Assembly (NCBI GenBank): GCA_976551045.1
Contig: CDPCPM010000054.1
Span: forward strand, 36,890,001 to 36,954,000
Source of the DNA: Glaucostegus cemiculus
Taxonomy: Eukaryota
Length of the DNA stretch: 64,000 nucleotides
Direction of reading: 5' to 3'
Shown here: positions 1-11,943 of the stretch, piece by piece
Numbering within the stretch: the stretch's first letter is position 1
Layout: each line of letters starts with the position of its first letter
Notes under the pieces: model-generated
Seen by the model: the letters and a program-made list of their open reading frames with translations, nothing else
The model's database searches: none
What the model was told of the DNA's origin: nothing
Made by a program: the position numbers and the translations under genes

Positions 1-546
1 AGCTGCAGGGACAGTGGGGGAGGGGTGAAGCCTCTGACAGGGTAAAACTGGGGTGACCATGGGGACAAGCTGTAAACAAAGTTATCTGGTCAGTGAGTGA
101 ATGGGAGCAGTTAGAGAGTGAGAACATAGAGAAAAGAATGTAGGATTTGCAAAATGCAGAGGAGGAAGACAGGTCTGGCAGGTCGGACTGGGAATGTCCT
201 CCATTCCCAGAGGAAAAACAAATGAAAAAAAAAGGGGGAAAAGAAACAACGAACAAGCTGATCCAATATCACAGATGGATGAATGATACAGAAGGAAATC
301 AAGTTACCTGAAGTTGCAGAATTCAATATTAAATCCAGTTATTTATCCCCCCTTTTCTTTCTTCACATCAAATTTAAGTGCATGAAATCACTCACAAACA
401 GTAATTTGATCACCAAACTTCATTGACAGGGCAATTATCTTGTGATCCTGTTGTGCGGCTCACAGTGCAATCACTAAATGCTCCCTTTTTATTTGAAGCT
501 GCAGACAGATAACTACCACATGCTTCTCACTGTTCAAAAGACTTAC

Positions 547-690
547 CGTTTTGGACATCTAAAACATGGTGTTTGTTGAGTGACCAGCCTCCCATGTTTG
601 AAGAGTCTAATTCATAGCCCTGTAGAACAGCAGTTCTCTTTTCCCAGAGGATGAGATCCAGGCAGGACTCGTACTCATAGCCGACAGAAA
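547..690 (-). CDS. TENM3: Teneurin-3 exon (144 nt, phase 1-1), absent from the ORF track
   Basis: ctctgcccag|TTTCTGTC...CAAAACG|gtaagt; [48 protein letters not shown]. Confidence 0.97.
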
Positions 691-1154
691 CTGGGCAGAG
701 AGAAGGACATCATTACTGGGTGGCAAGGATGAAAATTTTCAATCAAAATTCATGAGGGTTAAAGACGATCAGGAAACACTTCTCTGCACAAAGGCTCATA
801 GAAACTCAGAATTCCCTCTTCCAAAATCCGGGACTGGATTGAAACTTTCAAGACTTGGGAAAACATATTTGTTTAGGTGATGATATCAAGTTAAGGAGCA
901 ACACGGTTGGGAAACACAGTAGCCGTGATACGTTTGAATTCTGAGACCTGGGGAACTGAATGCTGCTCTTAAGTTTCACCTAATAGCAGCATTACATATG
1001 TTGTCATAAAATCATAGAGCCATATAGCACAGAAGCAGGCCCTTCAGCCCATCAGGTCCATGCCAGCTGCTGTACCTCTCCACACCAATCCCATTTACCT
1101 GCATTAGGTTCATAGCCTTCTAAGCTTTGGTGGTTCAAGTACATGGAAAAACCT

Positions 1155-1540
1155 AAACTATTTCATAGACTAGGACTTTATTCCCTGGAATGTAGGAGAT
1201 AGAGGTATATGCGATCATGAGAGGCATAGACAGGGTGAAAGCACATAATCTTTTTCCCAGGGAGTGGGTGCTACAAAAACAAGAGGGCGCGGGTTTAAGA
1301 TCAGAGGCAAGAGATTTAAAAGGGACATCAGGGGCAGCTTTTTCATGCAAAGGGTGGTGCGTATTTGGAATGATATGGGCACACCAGCAACGACTACAAG
1401 ACATCTACATAAGTATGTGGATAGGAAAGGTTTTGAAGGCTATGGGGCAAACGTGGGCAGATGCGATCAGCCCTCTGGGCAACACAGTCAGAGTGGATGA
1501 GTTGGGCCGAATCTCTAAGACTCTGTGCAACCTTGTTTAA
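1155..1540 (+). mobile_element. CR1 3' fragment, next to an opposite-strand CR1 tail at ~1010-1145
   Basis: MRGIDRV, KTRGRGFKIRGKRFKRDIRGSFFMQRVVRIWN: CR1 ORF2 C-terminus. Confidence 0.85.
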
Positions 1541-1739
1541 AAAACATTGTGACGATGCAATAAGTTAACAACTGTACAGTTAATCAGACAGAGTTTTATG
1601 ATAATTGGCAAATAAAAAAAAGAAATGAGGAGAATTATTTCAAGATTATGATTGGATTGGAATGTAGGAAAAGCTGGTGGAAGCAGAGATGTACTCAGGT
1701 GGGGACAGCAGCAACCTCCATTGCACTTTCAGGCAATGG

Positions 1740-2060
1740 TATTGGTATTGGTTTATTATTGTTACCTGTACCAAGGTACAGTGAAAAGCTTGTCTTACAA
1801 ACTGATCGTACAGGTCAATTCATTACACAGTGCAGTTACATAGTTAGTACAAAGTGCATTGAAGTAGTACAGTAAAACCAGTAACAGTACAGAATAAAGT
1901 GTCACAGCTACAGAGAAAGTGCAGTGCAATAAGGTGCAAGGTCACACAAGGTAGAATGTGAGGTCACAGACCATCTCATCGTATAAGGGAACTGTTCAAT
2001 AGTCTTATCACAGTGAGGAAGAAGCTGTCCTTAAATCTGGTAGTGCGTGTCCTCGATGCA
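1740..2060 (-). mobile_element. Rex1/Babar-like LINE 3' end; related copies at ~7090-7180, 8250-8690, 42420-42690, 43370-43830, 54170-54390, 56390-56690
   Basis: RTRTTRFKDSFFLTVIRLLN C-terminal motif. The 3'UTR (gcactttctctgtaactgt...gacaataataaacc) recurs in these copies. Confidence 0.7.
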
Positions 2061-2639
2061 CACTTGTGCTGCTGTGTTTTCTTATTCATCCTGCCAAACT
2101 CCAGTACAGTCTTAAATCTTGAACTGAATTTCCTGCTTGCCTTTTCCATTGCAGCAAGAATGTTATATTTATTGTACATCTCTCCTTATAACTTACACTC
2201 AGTACCTGAGGATAAGGTATTCACAATATGTGTCAAACACATGAGAAATCTACCCTCAATAATTGACCCCCTGCTCATTGTCAGTTATTAAATCATGCTG
2301 TACCCTATTTTATCAAATGGAAGGAAACTAGTTGTGATCTTCATAAGCTTTAAAATGTGTTAGTGCCACTGTGATACAGGGCATCCTCCACTTAACCAAG
2401 TCCTGTCCTTTATCGTGAAAATCACAAAACTGCGTGATGGTAGTAATCTAAAACAAAAACAGAAAATGCCGCAACTACTCAGCAGGTCAGGCTGCACCTG
2501 TGGGGCGAGAAGCAGAGTCAATGTTTCAGTTTGGAGACCCTTCATCAGAACTAGGATGAAGACAAAAGTAGCCTGTGAAGTTGCAGGGCAGGTAGGGGTG
2601 GGATATATCTCTGATAGGGTAAGGCTTTTTTTTTAACCT

Positions 2640-2910
2640 TACAAAGGATGAGGGCTTCACAGCATTTAATTGCCTGTCCCTAATTGCCCCCGAGAAGGTG
2701 GTGGTGAGCTGCCTTCTCGGACAGCTGCTGTCCTTGTGGTGAGGGTACACCCACAACGTTGTTAGAGAGGGAGTTCCAGGATTTTGACCCGGTGAGGGAA
2801 TGGTGGTGTACTTCCAAGTCAGGATGAGGTGTAGCTTGGAGCGTAACTGCCAGGTAGAGCTGCTTTTGCTGTCCTTGTCCTTCTAGCTGGTAGAAGTCAT
2901 GGATTTGGAA
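2640..2910 (-). mobile_element. L2/CR1-group LINE 3' end
   Basis: SKSWNSLSNNVVGVPSP...KAAHHHLL C-terminal motif. Confidence 0.65.
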
Positions 2911-2929
2911 GATGCTGTAGATCATGTCA

Positions 2930-3290
2930 GGCATGTCCTCCACTCTCAGAGGGAGAAAAAAAGGGAAACACCCCCTCAAAACAAAGTTGAGTTAATATTA
3001 CAGATGGATGAAGGAGAAATCAAGTTATCTAAAGTTGTGGAATTTAATATTGAATCCAGAAGGCTGCAATGTGCCCAGAGACAAGGTGAGGTGCTGCTCC
3101 CCAAGCCTGTGTTGGGTCTCACTGTAACAGGTCAGAAGTCCACAAACCAATGGGTCAGAGTGGGAATGGGATGGGGAATTAAAGTGGCAGGTAACGGGAA
3201 GCTCAGGGTCTCCCCAGCAGACTGAGGGCAGGTGTTCTGCAAAGCCATCCCTCAGTCTGCATTTGCTTTCTCCACTGCAAAGGAGAACAG
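2930..3290 (-). mobile_element. Penelope-like element, GIY-YIG C-terminal fragment; similar pieces at ~1-340, 23490-24075, 33405-33800, 48340-48880 (+), 55860-56280 (+)
   Basis: Minus strand reads CRLRDGFAEHL...DPELPVTCHFNSPSHSHSD...EQHL..LGTLQPSGFNI. The copy at 48341 reads LGDCFVECLHSVCRADPELPVACYFN. Confidence 0.75.
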
Positions 3291-3834
3291 TCCTTTATAT
3301 TCTACTGGGGTAGAAATTAATTGGGCACCTCCTGTAGTTGGAATGTGATGCTTGAGAAATGGTCGCACTCCGACAATAGTTTTGAAGAGGCAGAAACTTT
3401 GATTGTATATAACTGCAGATCTTGAGAATATATGTATTTGCATTGCAGGTGTGAGGATTTACAAATAAAAGGTTAGACCAGAGAAACTGGAGTTGTCCTT
3501 TTCGGTGGGATTTGATAGAGATCTATATTATTGTGAGGAGTGTCAGACAGGGTAAATAGGGTGGAGATTGCCCATTAGTGAATGGTTCAAAGACCAGAGG
3601 ATACTGATTTAAGTTCTGGAGGAAAGGTACACTGGGGTTGAGGTAAAACATTTTTCCATGATGGTTATGATCAGAAACTCGCTGCCTATTAGGGAATAGA
3701 GTCAGTCAGAGCTTTCAAAGGGGATTTGGACAGGGAGTTTAGAGAAAATAATTTGTAGGACTGATGGGAGCAATGTGACTGCATAGATTGGATTTGATGG
3801 GTCAACTGATCTCCTTGTCTTCCGCAAAGACCAC

Positions 3835-3877
3835 GTGTGCATGTTGTGTGTTTGTATGTGTGCATGTTTGTGTGTGG
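3835..3877. repeat. Imperfect (TG)n microsatellite
   Basis: gtgtgcatgttgtgtgtttgtatgtgtgcatgtttgtgtgtg. Confidence 0.7.
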
Positions 3878-5319
3878 CTCTTCACAATGAAAAGCTGGAC
3901 CTAATGTTTGCCTTTAGAAACTCCATGTATTTTTGCACTCTGCGGTTAAAAAAACACTTAAGTTTAAAAGACTATTTAAAAACAAGACTCCTCAGAGATC
4001 TTATAGAGACTCATTTCTTGTAGTTCATGCTGTTAATTAACATGAATGATAAAATCAACCCTTTTACTAAGCATCAGGTACTGCTGTAGGGATCTGGGGA
4101 CCCTGATAATAATATCCAGCTCGGGCTCCCTTGAATGTGCTGAGCAGAACCAATCCCCTCAAACCAAGAGAGGGCAAGCTTGAAGTTTAGTCTGTGCAGG
4201 CGTAGCTGCTTTCTGCCAAGGTGGCACCAGGTGCAAAATAAGTGGAGCCAGTACTGGTGGGAAGAGGATGTGGACTGCTGTGTCCAATACAACTGGCCGT
4301 GGAGATAATAAAGGAGAAATTCACTGAGCCTGTATTAGGCAAAGAGATGCTTTATTTGCAGCAATACAGAGCCCTTCCTGCATGAAAGCAGAAGCACTGT
4401 GGGCAATGTAAGGCACCATACTTTAGGAAGGATATATTGACCTGACAGGTGGTGATAATTAACTGGACTAATGCATGGATTCCAAGGGATAAACTGTTAA
4501 ATGAGCAACTGAAACTTTATTCCCTAAATTCAGAAGATTAAGCAGTGAGTTGATTGAAGGTTTCAAGATCACAAGGGGTTCTAATAGCATTGATAAACAA
4601 TTTTCAGTGTTTTGGCATCAGGGATTGTGAGACATAGTTTAAAAAACAATTTAAATAGTTTAAAAATAGTTTAAAAAGACCAAGTCGTTAAGGGACGAAA
4701 TTAGGGAGCACTTCTGCATCCAGAGGCTTGTAGAGATTTGGAGCTCCCCTGCTCAAATAAGATCTTATTAATAATTAATTTTACATTCTGTTGAATAAAA
4801 ATGTGAATGGATATGGGGAAAACACTGGCTTGTAGTGTTAGATCTTCCTGAGTTACAAGGAGAGACTGGAAAAAGTGGGATTGGCTGAGAAAGCTCCTTT
4901 AATTAAGAGACTAAGAGAAGATCCGGCAGAGGTATTCAAAATTACAGGAGGATTTGAGATGAACTGGGGAAAAAATTTTCTCACTGGCCACTAAACATGA
5001 ACATAAGATCATCAACAGATGAGTAACAGCATAGTTCAGAAGATTTTGTCCTTTTGACCTGAAACATTGGCTAAGATTTTCTGGGATAATGATGGGGAAG
5101 TTCCTGGCATTGCCAGGCACTGTCACTTGGAATTGACAGCAGACAGGTTCCTGCATCCACTTGTACAAACAGGAAAATCTGGAAGTTGCTGCTGTTGATG
5201 CTGGCCTCTGTTGACCATAAAATCTGTTACAGCAGTATCCACAACTAGTTTTGACAAAGAAAACTAAAGAAATTTAGAAGGGTTCAGTGGAAAAGATGGA
5301 CATTTGGGACAACATAGAG

Positions 5320-5505
5320 CAAAAGACAATCTGCTGGAGGAACTCAGTGGCTCGAGCACCACCTGTGAAGGGAAAGGAATTGTCGACATTTCAGGTTGAA
5401 ACCCTGCATCAGGATTCAGTCCTTCAGACGACGCTCGTTCTGCTGAGCTCCTCCAGCAGATTGTTTGTTGCTCCAGATTCTGGCATCTCCAGTCTCTTGT
5501 GTCTC
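5320..5505. repeat. Penelope-derived (MER6-like) fold-back repeat; similar at ~13390-13510, 42245-42410, 60740-61045, 63830-63980
   Basis: caatctgctggaggaactcag ... ctgagctcctccagcagattg inverted arms around a ctgatg...gaaa core. Confidence 0.65.
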
Positions 5506-5820
5506 CTGGGACAACATACTGTAGATATCACTTTCAACCACTATGGGTCTACTTCAATGCTCCAAATTTCTTATGGGTTCTTAACTCTCAATAACCTCTA
5601 TGGAAAGTAGCCAAGTATGGAAATTGTTGAGGGCAGTATCAAGCTTGTATGTACAAGCATCACAATCAAGTAATTTGCCAGGAATCAGTGGTATTGATAC
5701 AATGCTGATATACTGGTGTGGCTGTGTCCAAACCCATGTGCTTGTATCCTTAGAAGCAGGGGGATAAAATCTGAGATACACAGTCAGAAAATATGTCTGG
5801 GTGAAACTGTTTCGACTTAC

Positions 5821-6088
5821 CAACTGCCTCAGACAAACCGTAGACCTTTTGATTGTAGGCATCGGTTTTGTCCCATATGAAGGTGTAAGACAGATTTGGC
5901 GACGCCGGGAACCATTTCTGGAACAGACGGCCCACCACAGCCACCATCAGGTGAACCTTCATCAAGTTGAACGGCACCGTGCTCTGGGTCATTGTGATTT
6001 TCAGAACCGGCTTGTACCCCGCAGCACGCGAACTCAGGTAGGTGAGCTTCAGATCGGTGCCAGGAATCTCTGTCTCTTCATGAAGCAC
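5821..6088 (-). CDS. TENM3: Teneurin-3 exon, FN-plug region (268 nt, phase 0-1)
   Basis: aactccag|GTGCTTCAT...GCAGTTG|gtaagt; [89 protein letters not shown]. Confidence 0.97.
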
Positions 6089-7612
6089 CTGGAGTTACAC
6101 CAGAGAGAAAGTCAGAGAAAGAGAGAAAATTGTCGAGAGAAAGCGAGACTTCATTTACAGTTGAAGCAAAGGCCATGACAATACCAACAACCACAAGGGA
6201 GATTTTAAGAAAAAAAAAATCACTTATTTCATTTCAACTGTGATTTCTCCTGGGCAGGCATTAACAACACTTCATTAGACTGTACAGATGGGGCCATGAA
6301 TATGGAATGGGAAATTTGATTGAAGGCTGAACATAGTGCCACGAAGTTTATAGCAGCAGAGACACCAGGTGCGCGAATGTAAGCCTTGTAATCAAAATAT
6401 GCTATAATGCTAAGGTAATATGATGATTCTACATGTTAGATGAATGCAATGCATCACAGAGCAGAGGGATTTGGCCAGAACCTTCCACTGTTCCACTGGG
6501 TTTCCCCTGTTGGTGATGGTAAATGGTGAGAGCAGGGATTAATTACCTCCCTTTTCTGAGAGAAAGAAATGAGCCTGGAAAAGATCAGAACAATCCCCAC
6601 TTTTACTAAGTAGGAACAATTATGCTTTGCTACCAGCGGTCTTGTATTCGAGATAACCAGGAACTCAGGACACTTTCTTTACCCAGAGAGTGATAGGAAT
6701 GTGGAACCTCCGACCACATGGAGTTGTTCAGGCAAACGGCACAAGTTCACTAATGGATAGCTGATATTAAGTATGTGATTCAGAAGGGAATGAAAGATCA
6801 TGCTGATCGTGCGTAATGATTTGAGACACAACACCAGCATAGGCTGCTGGGGCCAAATGGACCAGGAACTGTGATGTGGTATTTAACCCTCTCCTTGTTT
6901 GTCCAGCATGAATACCGTGGGCAGAATGGCCTCTTTCAGTGTTGCAAATTACATATTACCAGTCTAGTATAAAATTAGCTGCAAACTTCATTATTTTCTA
7001 TTTTTAGGTCCCTCACGAGTTGTTTGCCTGCTAGTGGTGGTGAACATGCTACACAGATGGTCTTTCTCACCTTTCCCTGGTTTGAGTGCCATCCACTCAG
7101 ATCAGCCATACATAAGTACATCGAGGTAGTGAAAAGAAAACAGAATATAGTGCTTCAGCTACAGAGAAAGTACAGTTACTTGTAAATCCAACAAACCCCC
7201 ATGGTGTGTGCCATGGTTTAATGAATCATAGAAATCTACAGCATAGAAATAGGCCACTTAGCCTTTCATATCCATGCTGGTTTAAAGCAGACTTCAGGTT
7301 AAATTCCACATCCTAGCTCTAGTTCGTAGCTCTGTGCTTTATGGCTCTTCAAGTACTCATCCAGGTGCTTTATAAATGTAATGAAAATTGAACAGTCTTT
7401 ATATGGATTGGTCCTTCACTGGTATGAGGTGCCAGACAGCAGCTGCTAAGTGTGGAAAGGTGTTGAGGAGAGCAAATGAAGAAGAATGCAGAAAAAGGAA
7501 TAGCACAATTAAATGGTTGATCTGATACACCAAACAATGCTCTGAACATTTGGACACTTCTCATTGCTTTCCTTACCTGCTCTAGGTGAAGAGGATGCAA
7601 GACTCTACATAC

Positions 7613-7874
7613 CTGTGTCTCAGGAATGATGGGACTCTCCGACGGAGATGTGCGGAAGAAGGTGGAGAGAGGGGAAGCCAAGATATCAGGATTCGGCCTC
7701 ACAAACCCACTCAGATCACAGCTGGGAATCTCGTTCTCTTCCTTCTTCATGATCATGGTGTCCATCACATAAAAAACATTCCAAGGAATCCACACGGTAT
7801 GATGCCGGGTGATGAATGGGACACGTTCAAAGCACAGGGTGAGGGAGGCTCCACCATTTGCCAGCAGATCAAAC
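7613..7874 (-). CDS. TENM3: Teneurin-3 exon (262 nt, phase 2-0)
   Basis: ttttcatcag|GTTTGAT...ACACAG|gtatgt; [87 protein letters not shown]. Confidence 0.97.
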
Positions 7875-8879
7875 CTGATGAAAAGAATTATAGCGGAAAG
7901 ATCACTATCACTTGAAGCATTAAACAAAATTACAGAACTAGGCTTTATCTTTACTATCATGAAGCCTTTTTGCTTTCAGAACTGAAAACAGATAATGCTG
8001 GAAATACTCAGCAAGTCAGCACGTGTGGAAAACCAAGGTTAATGTCAGGTCAAATATCACCCATCAGGAACGCAAAAAGCTGGGGATGCAACGTTTTGAG
8101 GGCGTTAAGGAAAGTGGGAGCAGAGAGAAGGAATCAAAAGAAAATCTTGTGTGAAAGCAGGGAAGGAGGACTGAGGGTGATGAGATTTATAGACAGAAAG
8201 GATGATAGTGTTAAGGAAAAGGGGGTGGGACCAAGAAAATATGATTGATATTGGTAAATTATTGTTACGTGTACTGAGATACAGTGAAAAGTTTTTTGTT
8301 TGCGTGCCAGTCAGATCATGCCATACATAAGTACATCAAGGTAGTGAAAAGAAAACAGAATGCAGAATATAGTGGTGCAGCTACAGAGAAAATGGAGTAC
8401 AGGTAGACAAGTAAGGAGTAAAGGTCACGGCAAGGTAGACTGGGAAATCAAGAATTCATCATTAGCGTTTGAGAGATCCATTCAAAAGTCTGATAGCAGC
8501 AGGATAGAAGCTGCTGTTCAGTCTGGTGGTACGTGCTCTCGAGCTTTTGTATCTTTTGCCCATTGGGAAAGGGGAGAAGAGGGAATGGCCGGGGTGGAAG
8601 GGGTGTTTGATTATGCTGGCTGCTTTTCCAAGCCAGTGAAAAGTGTAGACGGAGCCAATGGAGGGGTCTTGGTTTGCATGAGAGCAAGATGGACGTTCAA
8701 TCTATAGGAATAGCAGAGTCAATGTCAACAGCTGTTGTGTGTAAAAAGGGCAACAATGCTTATGATCTGAAATTAGTATTGGTTTATTACTGTCACATGT
8801 ACGAAGATAAAGCGAAAAGGTTTTTGTTTGCACACCATCCAGGATAATGATGCTTACAGGTCATGGACTGAGATTTGGA

Positions 8880-11800
8880 GTGGTAGATTTGAAGAGGTGA
8901 CTCTGTGTGCTTGTGCTTGTGAGTTTCACTTTGCAGGAAAGAGGCATGTTTGCAAGTTGTTAATAGTTGATTGGCTCATTGGCTAGTTAACAGCAGTCAA
9001 TAAAAAGAAGTAAAAGTCAAGTGAAGCAGCTATTGTGAGAGTGGGCCAGTGTTAGAGTAGGGAGCTGAGGCAAAGGAGGTGATGACTTTGCATGAGAGTG
9101 GGATATTTGAAAAGAAGTGAGTCTCCTTGCTTGTGAGTTTCAATTGCAGGAATTTAAGAGGTAAGTCAGCTAATTGTTAATTAATAGATGATTGGCTAAC
9201 TTAGTTAATTATCAGCAGCTAATAAAAAGTTAGGGTCAAGCAGAGTGGCCAATTTGGAGTAGCCATTTTGAGAGTCAATACCAACCTATGGATACCAGGC
9301 TTTAGTGAGGAGGGTGAGCAATACTAAGATAAGGGTAAGTTGTTATTCATTTTTTCTGTCTCTTTATTTTCCCTCTGTGTTTTAGCCATGGCAGGTGAGC
9401 TCAGACCTGTGTTGTGCTCCTCCTTTGCAATGTGGGAACTTGGAGGCTGCCAGTGTCCCTGATGACCATGTGTGCAGGAAGTGTGTCCAGCTGCAGCTCC
9501 TGATGGACTGCATGATGGCACTGGAGCTGTGAATGGATTCACTCTGGAGCATCTGCAATGCTGAGAATGTTGTGGTTAGCACGTTCAGTGAGTTGGTCAC
9601 ACTGCAGTTTGAAGGCTGAGGGAAAGATAGGGAATGGGTGAACAAAAGGTAGAACAGTAGTAGGAAGGTAGTGTAGGAGTCTGCTGTGGTCATCTCCCTC
9701 CAGAACAGATATACTGCTTTGAATACAGTTGTGGGCAATTGCTCATAAGGGAAGGCAGCAGTAGCCAGGATCATGGCACCATGAGTGGCTCTGCCGCACA
9801 TGAGCGCAGGAAAGAGTGGCAGAGCTGTAGTGGTAGAAGACCCCATGGTGAGGTGAATAGACAGGAGCTTCTATGGCTGCAAATGGGACTCCTGGTTGGT
9901 ATGTTGCCTTGCTGGTGCAAGGGTCAGGGATGTCTCGGAGCAGCTGCAGGGCATCATGGAAGGAGAGGGTGACCAGCCAGTTGTCATGGTGCATGTAGGT
10001 ACCAACAATATTGGGGGGGGGGGGGGGGGGTGAAAAATGGGATGAGGTCCTACAAGCTGAATTTAGGGAGCTAGGAGATAGTAGAAAAAGTAGGATCTCC
10101 AAGGTAATAATCTCAGGATTACTACCTGTGCCATGTGCTAGTCAGAGTAGGAATAGCAGCATCATTAAGAGGAATGTGGCTTAAAGAGTGGTGCAGGAGG
10201 GAGGGTTTTAGATTCTTGGGGCAGTGGAACTGGTTCTGGGGGAGGTGGGATCAGCACAAACTGGATGGTCTACACCTAGGCAGGACTGGGATCATTGTCT
10301 GAGGGGGACTGTTTGCTAATGCTGTTGGGGAGGGTTTAAACTAACTAATTGGTGGGGGATGGGGATCCATGCAGAAAGACGGAGGGAAGCAAAGGAGAGA
10401 ACAGAGTAAAAGTTCAAAAAGAGAAAAGTGGTGTACAGAAAAATCAAATGCAAAGGACATAAAGGTTGCTAGATTCTAAAGGGACAATGAGTGTAAGGGC
10501 ACTTATCTGAATGCCCATAGTACTTGAAATTAGGTCAGTGAACTTGTGGCACGAATCAGTACAAAGGGGTATGATTGAATGACCATTACAGAAATGTGGA
10601 TGCAGGGTGCAGATGAGTGGGAATTAAATATCCAGGGGTATCAGGTAATAAGGAAGGATAGGCAGCAAGGTAAGGGAGGTGAGGTAGTGCTCTTAATTAA
10701 GGATGAGATCAGGGCAATAGTGAGACATTGAGATCCAAGGAGCAGAATGTTGAGTCCATCTGGGTAGAGATTGGAATAGGAAAGGGAAAAAATATCACTG
10801 AGTGTTGTCTATAGGTTACTGAATATTATTACAGTGGCACAGGCAATAAACCAAGAAATATTTGATGTAAGAATGAAATGGCAGTTGTCATGTGGGACTT
10901 TAACTTTCACAAATTGGGCGAATCAAGTTGGTCAAGGCAGTCTTGAAGAGGACTTCACAGATTCCGTGATGGCTTTCTTGAACAGCATGTTAGTGAACCT
11001 ACAAGGAAAAATGCCATTTTAAATCTGGTCCTGTGCAATGAGACAAGTAAAATTAATGATCTTGTAGTTAGGGATCCTCTTGGGGAAGAGTGATCATGGT
11101 ATGATTGTATTTCTCATGCAAATGGAGGGTGCAATAGTTTAATCTAAAATCAGTGTATTATGCCTAAACAAAGGAGACTACAATGGGATGAGGGAGGAGT
11201 TGGCTAGTGTAGACTGGAAACGGGCTATGTGGTAGAACAGTGGAAGACTCTCAGATTTTTCAGTGTTCAACAAAAGTGTATTCCAGTTAAAAGCAAGGAC
11301 AGTAAGGGTAGGGAGAGCCAGCCTTGGATAACTGAGGAAATAAAAGAAGGCATCAAGATAACAGCTCGTGCATACAAAGTCACCAAGAGTAGTGGGAAAC
11401 TGGAAGATTAGGAAACATTAAAAAGCAACAAATAACCACTAAGCAAGCAATAAGGAAAGGGAAGATAGTTTATGAAGTAAACTAGCACAAAATATAAAAT
11501 CAGATAGTAAGTTTTTTATAATTGTATAAAGTGGAAAAGGGGGGCTGAAGTGAATGGAGGTCCCTTGGAAGATGAGGAAAGGGGAATTAATAGAGTAATG
11601 TGGCAATGGCTGAGGCCTTGAATGGCTTTTTTGTTGGTCTTCATGGTGGAGGACATGTCTAACATGCCAAAGAGATGTTACGGATGTGATGGGAGGTGAG
11701 GACCTCAATACAATCGCTGTCACAAAGAGGTAGTGATGAGCAAACTAGTGGTCCTGAAGGTAGACCAGTCCCCTGGTCATGATGGGCTGCATCCCAGGGT

Positions 11801-11911
11801 ACAGAAAGAAACAGTGGCAGTTATAGCAGGGGTGTTTGAGATAATTTACCAAAATTTTCTGGACATTGGGCCTATCCCAGTGGATTGGAAGATGGCAAGT
11901 ATCATGCTACT

Positions 11912-11943
<32 letters not shown>

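Noticed and set aside
5801-6178. Plus-strand ORFs overlapping TENM3 exons (also 7586-7915, 37162-37455, 63310-63654)
   Set aside because: Antisense shadows of real coding exons.
10013-10030. Functional G-quadruplex at poly-G runs (also 13123-13137)
   Set aside because: Homopolymers inside a dead CR1; slippage or sequencing error is the simpler explanation.
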